Position numbers and translations under genes: made by a program. A DNA stretch of 64,000 nt from assembly GCA_030648955.1 (NCBI GenBank), contig JAUSHB010000011.1, positions 7,366-71,365 of the forward strand. Direction: 5' to 3'. Numbering within the stretch: position 1 is the first letter of the stretch; each line of letters starts with the position of its first letter. This DNA comes from a bacterium (GTDB taxonomy: Bacteria > Patescibacteriota > Minisyncoccia > Phycocordibacterales > JAUSHB01). Shown piece by piece: positions 47,947 to 56,879 of this stretch. A model generated the notes under the pieces. That model made no database searches and was not told the DNA's origin. It saw nothing but the letters and a program-made list of their open reading frames with translations.

Positions 47947-48276
47947 ATGTCCACAAAACATTCGCGGTCAGGCGGTAAATTTAGCGGAAGCCATACTACG
48001 GTGATACCCTTCGCGAGTACTGTAGCCGATATCTCCGCAAAGCAATCGGAAGTGACTAAGGTAACACCAGGGTTCATTAAAGCAGGACTTCGATCTGCAG
48101 GTGGTCATCAGCGTGTAAAAATAAGAAGAAAGAATTCTTATATTCTTCTCTCGGTGCGAGACAATGCGTCACACCAAGAACTCATTGTGTACACTGAAGA
48201 TCAACAAAAAGCGGTCGTCGCGATTGCCCGTGGATTACAAGATGCGGGACTTACTATATCGTTTATGAAAGATTGA
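47947..48276 (+). CDS. Hypothetical protein (110 aa), divergent from arsR
   Basis: ATG preceded by AAGGA. Sigma70-like promoter TTGCCA-15-TATAAT. The longer ORF-track version (47677-) is a shadow of arsR and the palindrome. Confidence 0.4.
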   Translation: MSTKHSRSGGKFSGSHTTVIPFASTVADISAKQSEVTKVTPGFIKAGLRSAGGHQRVKIRRKNSYILLSVRDNASHQELIVYTEDQQKAVVAIARGLQDAGLTISFMKD

Positions 48277-48287
48277 AGTTCTTCCAT

Positions 48288-48316
48288 CCCCCCGAGACAA
48301 AAATTGTCTCGGGGGG
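48288..48316 (+). terminator. Hairpin terminator, copy 1 of a repeated element
   Basis: ccccccgagacaaAAAttgtctcgggggg followed by attcattttcc. Confidence 0.55.
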
Positions 48317-48393
48317 ATTCATTTTCCAAAAAACTATTGACGATATACCTCATTAGGATAGTATTCATACTAGATTATAAATAGGAGAATTGT

Positions 48394-48771
48394 ATGTTCT
48401 TATTACTTGGCAAGCGGATAATAAGAGATGAGTACTCTTCCGCCCAAGAAAAACCGGTAGCGCACCATGCGGGTCCACCATGCCCCTTTTACGGTTTCAT
48501 TGGTGGTAATGGTGTTTTTGTGGAGAATTACGGCAACGCCTGCGCGCTTACGAGAGCGCATAGTCCTTGCTGTATGGAAATGGCAAAAGCAAAACCGGAC
48601 TGGGATAAGTGCTCAACGTTCAACCATCCTGCAAGCACTCCAATTCTCCAAGAGATTATGGAGAATGTTGTTGCAAATCCGAAAGCACTTTGGCCGGCTG
48701 GGAAAACAAGTTGGGAGGGCGTTAAAATTCGTGTTTGGTTCCGGTATGTGATGGGCCGCGACTATCCATAA
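48394..48771 (+). CDS. Hypothetical Cys-rich protein (125 aa)
   Basis: Six Cys (PPCPF, NACALTRAHSPCC, DKCS). Appears GC-richer than the flanks. Flanked by near-identical hairpins. Confidence 0.4.
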   Translation: MFLLLGKRIIRDEYSSAQEKPVAHHAGPPCPFYGFIGGNGVFVENYGNACALTRAHSPCCMEMAKAKPDWDKCSTFNHPASTPILQEIMENVVANPKALWPAGKTSWEGVKIRVWFRYVMGRDYP

Positions 48772-48791
48772 GTTCTTTCCGCAACCAGTAA

Positions 48792-48820
48792 CCCCTCGAG
48801 ACAAAAATTGTCTCGAGGGG
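48792..48820 (+). terminator. Hairpin terminator, copy 2 of a repeated element
   Basis: cccctcgagacaaAAAttgtctcgagggg followed by tttcattttct. Identical to copy 1 except for one compensatory base pair. Confidence 0.55.
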
Positions 48821-48840
48821 TTTCATTTTCTAATTTATTT

Positions 48841-50364
48841 TTATAACCCGAGTGATTTTATGAGTGCACGAGTTTTTGCGCCGTAGTATCCTGCGGTAGG
48901 AGTAATCTTCTTTGCTTTTTGAAAACTCACAAGCGCTGCTTGTGTTGCTCCGCCAAATTTTGTCGTCTCTTTTCCCGAAGAACCCGCACCAGTTTTTGAA
49001 ACAATAAATCCAATACTATTCAAGAATTTCTGAAGCGTGCGCACGTCTTCCCCTGTCGTGCCCAACTTGAGGTCACGCGTCGGCATCTTCCATATTTGAG
49101 AAGCCGGAGGCAATGGGGCAGTTTGGGCGTTTACATCACTTGCTGCTTTATTCGCCACACGCGTTGCGTTGTATTTGTAATTGGTGAGCACATCCCAGAG
49201 GAGCGGATCCTGACCCCCGTCAATTTTAAATATCGCAATTCCCCGCAAACCATATTTCACCGCAAGCTCTGCCTTCTGCTTAATAGACTCCGCATCGCTC
49301 CATGAAAGCACGCGAGTTGCGTTAGGAAGCGGAATAGGCGGCTCGGGCGATTGGGATGCCGGGAAGGTCAAGAAGAGCTCACCTGCGTTGTTTCGCACGG
49401 GTTGCATTCCAAGCTTTGTCGCAATGCCCGTTGCGTACCCCGGATTGAACGACCAGAGTTGTGAGTATTGCATTTTCCCGCTTCCGTTCTGCGCGGGAAA
49501 CATGTCGTGCTCGTACCCATAGGTCGCGACTCCAATCACAAGTTTTTCTTTTTTAATATCTTGGAGCGCCAGCTTCACCACTTTATCCACCCAATCCGCG
49601 TCTGCAACCGGAACATAGGGATCTCCTTTTGCATCATTCAATTTAAGATCGTACCTTCCTTGGTCGTAGGTCATAAGACGCACACTATCGCAATATTGAT
49701 TGATTGCGGTAAAGTCGTTTGCGTACTCAATATCTTTAGGAATTGATTCTGGGGACGAGTAACGCGAGTCAAGCGGCGTGCGCGCTTCGATGGTGCAGGT
49801 GATCCATTTGTTGTATCCGATCGCCTCCTTAAGGTCTTTGAGAAACAGTGAGAAGTAGGGTCGCGTGCGCGCATATTTGCCTTCGTAATCAATATCAATA
49901 CCGTCTGCACCGTTCCCAAAAACTTCTTTAATAATAGAACTAATGTGCGCCTTGCGTTTTTCCGAGTCGCGGAAAATTTCATCCATGGCATCTGCATTCG
50001 CCCACATCACTGCGGGAACAAACTTCACGCCCGCGTCCTTCGCACGGGCGCGAAGCAGTACCCATTCGTCATTACCAAGCGACGAAGCTTGGTAGAGCGT
50101 ACCGTCTTGCTTCACGGTATACATGAATGGGTTCACCTCAGTGAATAGATCAAGGTGAGGCAAAATGCTTTCCACCCCAAGTTTTGAGCGCCAATACGGA
50201 ATCCATCCGGATATCTCGAGAGAACTGCCTGCCTGCGCCAAGCCTGTCGCGGCAGGCAGGCTTGCTTCTGTTGTGGTGGTTTGCGCATACACAAAACCGC
50301 CACTCGGAAGAATAAGCGCGAGAAGGATAAAAAGAAACACGGATTTTTTAAATACAGTATGCAT
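48841..50364 (-). CDS. Secreted GH18-family glycosyl hydrolase (chitinase-like / peptidoglycan hydrolase-like) with C-terminal peptidoglycan-binding domain
   Basis: Signal peptide (the MHTVFKKSVFLFILLALILP start is ATG at 50362-50364). GH18 catalytic motif GADGIDIDYE. C-terminal PG_binding_1-like LGTTGEDVRTLQKFLNSIGF...GGATQAALVSFQ. Confidence 0.8.
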   Translation of the reverse strand: MHTVFKKSVFLFILLALILPSGGFVYAQTTTTEASLPAATGLAQAGSSLEISGWIPYWRSKLGVESILPHLDLFTEVNPFMYTVKQDGTLYQASSLGNDEWVLLRARAKDAGVKFVPAVMWANADAMDEIFRDSEKRKAHISSIIKEVFGNGADGIDIDYEGKYARTRPYFSLFLKDLKEAIGYNKWITCTIEARTPLDSRYSSPESIPKDIEYANDFTAINQYCDSVRLMTYDQGRYDLKLNDAKGDPYVPVADADWVDKVVKLALQDIKKEKLVIGVATYGYEHDMFPAQNGSGKMQYSQLWSFNPGYATGIATKLGMQPVRNNAGELFLTFPASQSPEPPIPLPNATRVLSWSDAESIKQKAELAVKYGLRGIAIFKIDGGQDPLLWDVLTNYKYNATRVANKAASDVNAQTAPLPPASQIWKMPTRDLKLGTTGEDVRTLQKFLNSIGFIVSKTGAGSSGKETTKFGGATQAALVSFQKAKKITPTAGYYGAKTRALIKSLGL

Positions 50365-50503
50365 ATATATGCTATATAAGACGCTCATTATATCATAATC
50401 ATACACCCTTGCCTGTTGTTGTGGATGAAACTCCTTGCGGTGTTTTAAGATTATGGTAGAACAATAACAGACCACATAGCGCAGACGCGCGAGGATACGA
50501 ACA

Positions 50504-50761
50504 ATGAAGCTAATTGATCGGTATATAGAGCACGTTGCATCTGAGCCGATTATGAATAAACACAGTCTATTCTGGGGAACCAGCTGCATTTTTCTGGGTG
50601 TGGTACATCTTTTTTTTGCGGGGCTTGTTGCAATCTATCCTGCTGTTTTTGATGACCCGCATTCAGTATTTGCCCTTCTGCTCGCTCTTATGGGAGCTTT
50701 TTGGATTCTTGTCGGAAAACGCCTTTTAGAAAAATGGCTAGTGTTCTTCTTTAAGAAGTAG
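50504..50761 (+). CDS. Small membrane protein (85 aa)
   Basis: Two TM helices. Followed by a hairpin terminator. Confidence 0.4.
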   Translation: MKLIDRYIEHVASEPIMNKHSLFWGTSCIFLGVVHLFFAGLVAIYPAVFDDPHSVFALLLALMGAFWILVGKRLLEKWLVFFFKK

Positions 50762-50765
50762 CATT

Positions 50766-50797
50766 CAAAAACCCCTCTCGTGTGAGGGGGTTTTTTT
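50766..50797. terminator. Bidirectional rho-independent terminator
   Basis: aaaaacccctctcgtgtgagggggttttttt. Confidence 0.6.
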
Positions 50798-50816
50798 GAC
50801 CGATCATCGGAGAATG

Positions 50817-51068
50817 TTATGCGGTATCGCTATTCCGCGGCAACCAATCCATGAGCTTTTTACGATGCTGTTCGAGAGACCAGAGGTCGCCGTTCTTGAA
50901 AAGCATTGCATGTGCTGATTGAAATTTTTTCAAGAGTGCCGTGGAAGCGCGTGGAAATCCTTCGGGCATATTTTTATTGTATGATGCCAAAAAATCTGAA
51001 ATAGGAATTTGTAATTGGCTTTCACTAAGTTCTTTACTGTATTTTTTCATTGTATGATGATACCACAA
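50817..51068 (-). CDS. Hypothetical protein (83 aa)
   Basis: ORF only. Confidence 0.35.
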   Translation of the reverse strand: MWYHHTMKKYSKELSESQLQIPISDFLASYNKNMPEGFPRASTALLKKFQSAHAMLFKNGDLWSLEQHRKKLMDWLPRNSDTA

Positions 51069-51090
51069 ACCAATGAATAAAGCAATTTAT

Positions 51091-51360
51091 TTAGAGATTT
51101 CTGGCAAACACTGGAATCCTGTGTCGATGTATTAGTTTTATTTTTTCTCCTCTAGTCAGCTTTTTTATTTGAAATTCTTGTTTCGATGCAACACTTCTGT
51201 TCTTCGCTTTTTTTATATACAGTAATTTCGACACTCCCCGCGAACTTGTATAATTGCCTCCCTTCCCACTTTTATGCTCAAGAAATCTTCGCTTAACGTC
51301 GGTGGTTATCCCTGTATACATCGTGCCGTCTTTGCATTTGATAATGTAAACAAAATACAT
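51091..51360 (-). CDS. GIY-YIG nuclease-family protein (small, UPF0213/YhbQ-like)
   Basis: MYFVYIIKCKDGTMYTGITTDVKRRFLEHKSGKG...KLLY: GIY-YIG, Arg and Glu motifs. Confidence 0.8.
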   Translation of the reverse strand: MYFVYIIKCKDGTMYTGITTDVKRRFLEHKSGKGGNYTSSRGVSKLLYIKKAKNRSVASKQEFQIKKLTRGEKIKLIHRHRIPVFARNL

Positions 51361-51367
51361 TATGTAA

Positions 51368-51835
51368 CTAGATGAGCGATTTTATAACGGGAATACGTCC
51401 AAGAAATATTCGGCGTAACATGCTTCCTAATCCAAATTGTTGGGCTTGCGGGAAGATTGCGATCAATACAAGAGCTGTGGCATAAATAATATGCTCTTCG
51501 ACAATATATCCATGGGGAACATTGGGGAAAATATTCTGTGGAAAATAATAGAGAATCATAAGCACCGCGCCTGCCCATGCAGCCGGACGCACTGCAACAC
51601 CAACCAAAAGCGCAACACCGATCAAGGTAATCCCCCACGCGTTAAGAGGGTCAACCCACCAAGTATTCATCGGTTGAGCAAACCAGGCGTAGAAATCAGG
51701 AAATGTCTTCGCGTTCAATAAAAAACCTTTTGCTGTCCAATTGGGATCAAATACTTTCTCAAGACCCGCAAAGGTCATGAACCATCCAAACAATAGACGC
51801 AATGTCGTCGCTGCGATCGTTATTTTTGAATTCAT
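51368..51835 (-). CDS. DoxX-family membrane protein
   Basis: TLRLLFGWFMTFAGLEKV and about 4 TM helices. Confidence 0.6.
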   Translation of the reverse strand: MNSKITIAATTLRLLFGWFMTFAGLEKVFDPNWTAKGFLLNAKTFPDFYAWFAQPMNTWWVDPLNAWGITLIGVALLVGVAVRPAAWAGAVLMILYYFPQNIFPNVPHGYIVEEHIIYATALVLIAIFPQAQQFGLGSMLRRIFLGRIPVIKSLI

Positions 51836-51890
51836 AAGATATATTTTTTAAAATTTAATACTGGTTAACAACGTATTTCTGGTGGTTTAA

Positions 51891-52121
51891 TTATACCGCT
51901 TCAATAATTCTAAGATATTCTTCGCGCGACACACCCAGCACTCTTAAATTATTAAGAATAATAAAAGCAGGAAGCGCAGTGTCGCGTGGAATTACTACGG
52001 GTCTTTTGATACCGCTTTTCCAATAAACACGATGGTCACCTTTCTCTCTTTTAAATTCACACCCCATCTTAATTAAAAACTTCTCAAATTCTTTCCAATG
52101 AATAGCTTGGATGCGTGGCAT
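51891..52121 (-). CDS. hicA: HicA-family toxin (mRNA interferase, YcfA-like)
   Basis: IHWKEFEKFLIKMGCEFKREKGDHRVYWK...RPVVIPRD.ALP matches the HicA consensus (k..e..k.L...Gf...r.kGSH......vP.H). The start is set at an internal ATG. Confidence 0.6.
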   Translation of the reverse strand: MPRIQAIHWKEFEKFLIKMGCEFKREKGDHRVYWKSGIKRPVVIPRDTALPAFIILNNLRVLGVSREEYLRIIEAV

Positions 52122-52129
52122 GGGGAATA

Positions 52130-52420
52130 TTAGGTAAAAATGGGAATTTGCAGGCCAATAGACTGCGAAGAAATTACTTTTGGAGGAGTCCAAACTTTTT
52201 GCACTTTTTTCCAGCCCAATTCGGACAAAACATCATCAGCTGTTTTTGCCTCTATAATTTCCTCTAAAAACAAGTTCGCCAACACAACAAATCGCTCTTT
52301 TACATCTTTTTCAGATTTCCCGGAAGTAGAGATGTCGAGTGCGGGAGTATACGCCACAAAACGCTTATTTTGCTTAGTAATGAGCACGGGTAAATTGAAA
52401 GACAATTTGTTATGTACCAT
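52130..52420 (-). CDS. hicB: HicB-family antitoxin (UPF0150-like)
   Basis: ...LPVLITKQNKRFVAYTPALDISTSGKSEKDVKERFVVLANLFLEEI. The N-terminal RNase-H-like fold of HicB lies immediately upstream of hicA. Confidence 0.55.
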   Translation of the reverse strand: MVHNKLSFNLPVLITKQNKRFVAYTPALDISTSGKSEKDVKERFVVLANLFLEEIIEAKTADDVLSELGWKKVQKVWTPPKVISSQSIGLQIPIFT

Positions 52421-52534
52421 ATGGAGATAATATCAAGATTGAGTTTCTTTTACAACTCCCTGTAATGACCTTTTGGGTGGATTTTTAAAAACTTTTCTAT
52501 GGATACGGGAGGGGTTGATCACGAATCGACTATT

Positions 52535-52816
52535 TTAACGGTGAGGACAACCGGCCCAACAACAAGGTCGGCGCATTCCGCCTTTCAGCTTCGAGAGCGC
52601 CTTCTTGATTCGGATACTCCTCGTCTCTGCTTTCTTGGCAGACTCAATCCAGCAAATCCACTCATTGCGCGCAAGTGGTGTAATATCCTCCCATGCTACT
52701 CGCGCCGTTGGGGAAGAAGTAAGAGTCTTTTGTAAATCCGCTGGCATTCTGTGTACAACACCGGCGGCGACCTGCCTGCCGGTAGGCAAGGTTTCTTTTT
52801 TTGTCATACCTTTCAT
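52535..52816 (-). CDS. YdeI/OmpD-associated family (PF13376-like) protein, start uncertain
   Basis: The C-terminus ...PTARVAWEDITPLARNEWICWIESAKKAETRSIRIKKALSKL matches the YdeI C-terminal consensus (W..LTP..R.E.I.WI..AK..ETR..RI). The N-terminal part of the ORF is probably spurious. Confidence 0.4.
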   Translation of the reverse strand: MKGMTKKETLPTGRQVAAGVVHRMPADLQKTLTSSPTARVAWEDITPLARNEWICWIESAKKAETRSIRIKKALSKLKGGMRRPCCWAGCPHR

Positions 52817-52976
52817 GTTGTGTACGTTAGCATATTTCTGTTTGTTATTCATGAAAGAATTCTGGGCGAAACCCCCGTCGCGTCGCGAGGCATAGCTCCG
52901 CATTTGGGCGAAAAAACGAATTCCGAAACTTGGCTGGGGGACTTGGAATCCCTTCGATATCCTCAGGGTAAACTTC

Positions 52977-53264
52977 TCATCCATGTACGTCAAGCACTTC
53001 AGTAAGCTCAACGCGGTTTATTCCAAATTTTCCACCTATTAATTTCTGTTTCTTTGCACGACTCCATCCCTTAAGCTGTTTTTCTCGTATGGCGGATTTA
53101 TGCCTTGTGTCGTATTTTTCACAATATACTATTTTTATATCAGAAAACTTTTTTGTAAAAAACGATTCCTTGTTCTTATGTTCCCCTAATCGTCTTACAA
53201 CATTGTTGCACATCCCAACGTAAAAAGTTTTCTGGTTGCAAAGAAGTATGTATACGTACCACAT
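52977..53264 (-). CDS. GIY-YIG nuclease-family protein (second, divergent copy)
   Basis: MWYVYILLCNQKTFYVGMCNNVVRRLGEHKNK... Its start is about 45 nt from the tRNA-Gln 3' end. Confidence 0.8.
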   Translation of the reverse strand: MWYVYILLCNQKTFYVGMCNNVVRRLGEHKNKESFFTKKFSDIKIVYCEKYDTRHKSAIREKQLKGWSRAKKQKLIGGKFGINRVELTEVLDVHG

Positions 53265-53308
53265 GTCTGATTTTTGAACTTTAAGCTCGCACTGAGCTTG
53301 CCGAAGTG

Positions 53309-53379
53309 CTGGGGGACTTGGAATCGAACCAAGATTAACGGCTTCAAAGGCCGCTGTCCTACCGTTAGACGATCCCCCA
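53309..53379 (-). tRNA. tRNA-Gln (anticodon UUG)
   Basis: Minus-strand sequence TGGGGGATCGTCTAACGGTAGGACAGCGGCCTTTGAAGCCGTTAATCTTGGTTCGATTCCAAGTCCCCCAG folds as a cloverleaf. U1-A72 acceptor, D-stem GTCT/GGAC, anticodon stem GCGGC/GCCGT with loop CTTTGAA (UUG), T-arm CTTGG-TTCGATT-CCAAG, discriminator G73. CCA is not encoded. Confidence 0.85.
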
Positions 53380-53468
53380 ATGTATTCTTATTTTCTTAAT
53401 TTAGGGGAACAGGCAATCTCCCCAATGTTTCCCTATTCTGCTATAAAAATGCGTTATCGGCAAGAAAA

Positions 53469-53497
53469 AACGACCCCCGTTATAAATTGGGGGCCGT
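53469..53497 (-). terminator. Rho-independent terminator downstream of the minus gene 53515-53826
   Basis: On the minus strand: aacggcccccaatttataacgggggtcgtttttt. Confidence 0.5.
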
Positions 53498-53514
53498 TCT
53501 ACGTTCAAATAAAT

Positions 53515-53826
53515 TCACCCATCCTCAGACAGTTCATAGATAGGATCTAGTGGAAATTCAGGGTCACCTTCACTAATCATGTACATTGAAACTTGAAGGT
53601 TTTGTTCTGCGGGATGACCTCCGAAACTTCTCACAATAGAGACTTCTGGAATTTCATTTCCATCATCATCCGTGGATAATAATTCATCCCTTATTTCCTT
53701 GGGGAGCATGCGCCCAGCAGCCGTGAGCTCGCCGAAACTACCACATGTTCTGCATATTGAATTATTCTTTTTTCCTGTCCCACGACACCGTCCACATGTC
53801 TTTCTGTTCTTTCTGTCGTTTTCCAT
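53515..53826 (-). CDS. Hypothetical zinc-ribbon protein with acidic C-terminus
   Basis: CGRCRGTGKKNNSICRTCGSFG (CxxC...CxxC), then an acidic tail. Confidence 0.45.
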   Translation of the reverse strand: MENDRKNRKTCGRCRGTGKKNNSICRTCGSFGELTAAGRMLPKEIRDELLSTDDDGNEIPEVSIVRSFGGHPAEQNLQVSMYMISEGDPEFPLDPIYELSEDG

Positions 53827-53886
53827 GAACTACTCCTTTTTCTCGTTGGTAGATACTATGTTTATTCCGTAAATACTTTACGGTTT

Positions 53887-54957
53887 TTATATTTTTTTGT
53901 CAATAGTTGCCGTATGTTCAAGGTTCATCAAAAGAATCTCCAGGGGGAGCTCCGGTATACTCGCATGACGTATCATGCTATGCGCACCAAGCATCGCTTC
54001 CAGTGTTTTTGATGTAAGTTCCACCCCCCTCTTCCCGCTCATATCCTTAAGAAACTCAAAATCCTCATCAGTAAACTCTTCTTTAATTCCTTCTTCCATG
54101 TCTTTTGCAAATCGAATTAAAAGAATCATTCGCATTTTATGAAGCACAAGTTTCAAAAATATTTGCATATCAATATTCTGTTTCGAAGTCTTCTGAATGA
54201 CATTCATGCCTTGAGAAATATTCTTCTCTGCAAGAGCGGAAATAAATTCATTTACCAATCCTCCGTTCGGCGCACCCGTGACCTCAAGCACTTCGTTGAC
54301 TGACACTTTTTTGTCCCTTGATGAGCTCAATACTTTTTGCAAAATTCCTTGCGCATCGCGAAACGAACCATCTCCCAAAAGTGCTATGAGATCTGCAGAT
54401 GCGGGTTCAATCATAAATCCTTCTTTTTTTGCGATAGCGACAATGATGTCTTTAAGAACCTCATGGCTTGGTTTTTTGAATGTGAATGTTTGGCAACGCG
54501 AAATCACAGTCTCTGGAAGTTTATTGAGTTCCGTGGTGGCTAAAATAAAAATGACGTGCTTGGGTGGCTCTTCCAAGGTTTTAAGAAGTGCATTGAATGC
54601 CTCTTTGGTGAGCATGTGCACTTCATCGATAATATAAACTTTATAGGGAGACTGGAACGGAAGCGTGCGCACGCCATCGCGAAGTTCACGAATATCATCA
54701 ATCCCGCGATTCGATGCGGCATCTATTTCGTAGAGGTCATTATCAGAACAGCCGATAGATTTTGCAAAAATACGCGCAACAGAAGTCTTCCCTGTCCCGC
54801 GTGAACCAGCAAAGAGATATGCGTGCGCAACGTTGCCCGCCGCTATCGCGCCTAAAAGCACTTTTACCACATGTTCCTGTCCCAAAACATCTTTGAATGT
54901 TTGTGGGCGATATTTTCGATATAATGCAACTGCGGATTTATTTGGTTCGTGAGTCAT
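53887..54957 (-). CDS. dnaX: DNA polymerase III subunit gamma/tau (short form)
   Basis: YRKYRPQTFKDVLGQEH...AYLFAGSRGTGKTSVARIFAK (Walker A), IIDEVHML (Walker B), and sensor motifs. Confidence 0.85.
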   Translation of the reverse strand: MTHEPNKSAVALYRKYRPQTFKDVLGQEHVVKVLLGAIAAGNVAHAYLFAGSRGTGKTSVARIFAKSIGCSDNDLYEIDAASNRGIDDIRELRDGVRTLPFQSPYKVYIIDEVHMLTKEAFNALLKTLEEPPKHVIFILATTELNKLPETVISRCQTFTFKKPSHEVLKDIIVAIAKKEGFMIEPASADLIALLGDGSFRDAQGILQKVLSSSRDKKVSVNEVLEVTGAPNGGLVNEFISALAEKNISQGMNVIQKTSKQNIDMQIFLKLVLHKMRMILLIRFAKDMEEGIKEEFTDEDFEFLKDMSGKRGVELTSKTLEAMLGAHSMIRHASIPELPLEILLMNLEHTATIDKKI

Positions 54958-54988
54958 AATAGAGTTTATTATACACGACTCTTTGTTA

Positions 54989-55020
54989 CAAAAAAGCCCC
55001 TTGTTTCGAGGGACTTTTTT
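54989..55020. terminator. Bidirectional hairpin terminator
   Basis: aaaaaagccccttgtttcgagggactttttt. Confidence 0.5.
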
Positions 55021-55094
55021 GACTCCTTACGCAGATGTTTTCATCTATACTATACTCAAATCATATATCTGCCATAAAAAATGCCGACCATATT

Positions 55095-55469
55095 TTATTT
55101 GGCATTTTTTTTATTTTGAGAAACCTTACCTACTTGTTTTTTTGCTTCACGCTCAATAGTATTCCAATGTTTTTTTAGATTTATCGCAACCTTGTTAAGT
55201 TCATTTTTATCAATAGATTTAAGCGCGTTATATTTCTTCGTTACCATATCAACAACTGCAAGATAATCCTTTTTTCCCAGACTCTTTAGTTTCTTTGCGT
55301 GTGAAACAACATCGGTATGAACTTTTACTGCGAGTGTTTTAACTTTTTTACGATTTTTTGCACCGTCTTTGCCATAAAGATAGAGCCCCGCTGCGCCTGC
55401 TAATGCAGCTGCGGTTACGAGACCTACGCCTAATCCAATCTTTTTTCCTGTTATTTTTTTTACATTCAT
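55095..55469 (-). CDS. Hypothetical Lys-rich membrane-anchored protein
   Basis: 124 aa with an N-terminal TM helix. Confidence 0.4.
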   Translation of the reverse strand: MNVKKITGKKIGLGVGLVTAAALAGAAGLYLYGKDGAKNRKKVKTLAVKVHTDVVSHAKKLKSLGKKDYLAVVDMVTKKYNALKSIDKNELNKVAINLKKHWNTIEREAKKQVGKVSQNKKNAK

Positions 55470-55548
55470 TGTTTTTGTATCTTTTTAATAATTAATTACC
55501 CTTACAATATTTCTGCTTTCACTGCATATATCCGCGTCAACTGCCAAT

Positions 55549-55812
55549 TCATTTTTTTGTTCTTTTGTTTGGTTTTCTTAAAAAATCAGTTATGTGTTTC
55601 CACCGCATTCCCTCGCGTTTGACCGTTGCCCGTAGTTCAGATATATCTTGAGAAATATTCTTGCTCTCTATTTTCACAATATCTGAAATATCCCGCACAT
55701 TGCGCATCACACCGATAAGATACACCATGAGCACGACCAAGGTGACAGTAAATGTAACTACCGCGATCGTAGTCACAAAAAAGAATATATCTTCTTTCAT
55801 GAATTCAGCCAT
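55549..55812 (-). CDS. Small membrane protein (DUF948-like)
   Basis: 87 aa. TM helix, then a coiled region (RNVRDISDIVKIESKNISQDISELRATV). Confidence 0.4.
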   Translation of the reverse strand: MAEFMKEDIFFFVTTIAVVTFTVTLVVLMVYLIGVMRNVRDISDIVKIESKNISQDISELRATVKREGMRWKHITDFLRKPNKRTKK

Positions 55813-55847
55813 AGAGCCATTATATGAAGTTTTTCCTCATTATGCAA

Positions 55848-56879
55848 TCATGTACCGCGCAATTTGCCATAGATGAAACGTAAAATGACAAAGACGAGAA
55901 TAATAAGTACTGTATAAAACAAATAGCGTTTATCAAATATCATCTCCAGCACTGCGAGTATTCCCCAATATACATAGCGTAGAGGTTTTTCGACTTTGTT
56001 TTTCCAGTTTCCTTGAGAAGCTTGCCCATTTGTCGCATCTATTGAAGTGTTCATATCACCGACTACATTCGTAGATGTGGCACTCTTGCTGTCCACTATA
56101 CCAGATAGCTTACTAAGAGATCTTTTATTTTCTGCAAATTCTTCGCGAATAACAACAAATTGTTTATTTCGAAAGTTTTCAATGAAGTTTCCTGTATTCT
56201 CAAGCGTGCCAGCAACAGAATCCGGTACGACATTTTTGACCATGTTCATTCCCCTACCAAAGACAAGTGATTCTGGGGAACCCTCTTTATCGGGAGGAGT
56301 ATCAACACCATCGGCAATACCATCACCATCAGTATCTTGCTTGAATGGATGAGTCCCGCGCGCACGTTCATCCAAATCAGAAAGTCCGTCCCCGTCATCA
56401 TCGGGATCTTCCTTGTTCCCGATTCCATCCCCATCAGTATCCACATCAACAAAAACCCCTCGCTCTGAAGTTCCATTGCTCTCAATGATGACTGAAGCAG
56501 TATTGCCATTGGAAAGTTTTATTTTTGGATCTGTGATTTTTGCCGAGATACGATAATCTCCCGCAATCGCCTTCCAAATAAAAGATATGACTTTTATTTT
56601 CTGCGCATCGGTTATCGTAAATGGAGTTCTCCCGACAAGCTTGATTCCGTCATAATACTCAACCGTACCAGAAAATGTTCCTTCATTATTATTAACTACA
56701 ATGGTATTGATAGATACCTCCTCACCTTCAAGAACCGGCTCATGTGAAAGCCAAAGATTTTGATTAGGAAATCCTGTATTTTTGATTACCTTTTCATCTG
56801 CCGCAAGCGAAATTCCGATGAATGATCCCAGAAATAAAAGTGTTGCCGCCAAGGCGATTGTTAGTGTTTTATTTTTCAT
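55848..56879 (-). CDS. Secreted protein with thrombospondin type-3-like Ca-binding repeats and C-terminal TM anchor
   Basis: Signal peptide. DTDGDGIGNKEDPDDDGDGLSDLDE and DTDGDGIADGVD repeats. C-terminal TM helix. Confidence 0.55.
   Translation of the reverse strand: MKNKTLTIALAATLLFLGSFIGISLAADEKVIKNTGFPNQNLWLSHEPVLEGEEVSINTIVVNNNEGTFSGTVEYYDGIKLVGRTPFTITDAQKIKVISFIWKAIAGDYRISAKITDPKIKLSNGNTASVIIESNGTSERGVFVDVDTDGDGIGNKEDPDDDGDGLSDLDERARGTHPFKQDTDGDGIADGVDTPPDKEGSPESLVFGRGMNMVKNVVPDSVAGTLENTGNFIENFRNKQFVVIREEFAENKRSLSKLSGIVDSKSATSTNVVGDMNTSIDATNGQASQGNWKNKVEKPLRYVYWGILAVLEMIFDKRYLFYTVLIILVFVILRFIYGKLRGT

Noticed and set aside
53195-53380. 61-aa ORF on the minus strand
   Set aside because: It is entirely occupied by the tRNA-Gln gene. 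It begins with a TTG inside the acceptor stem.
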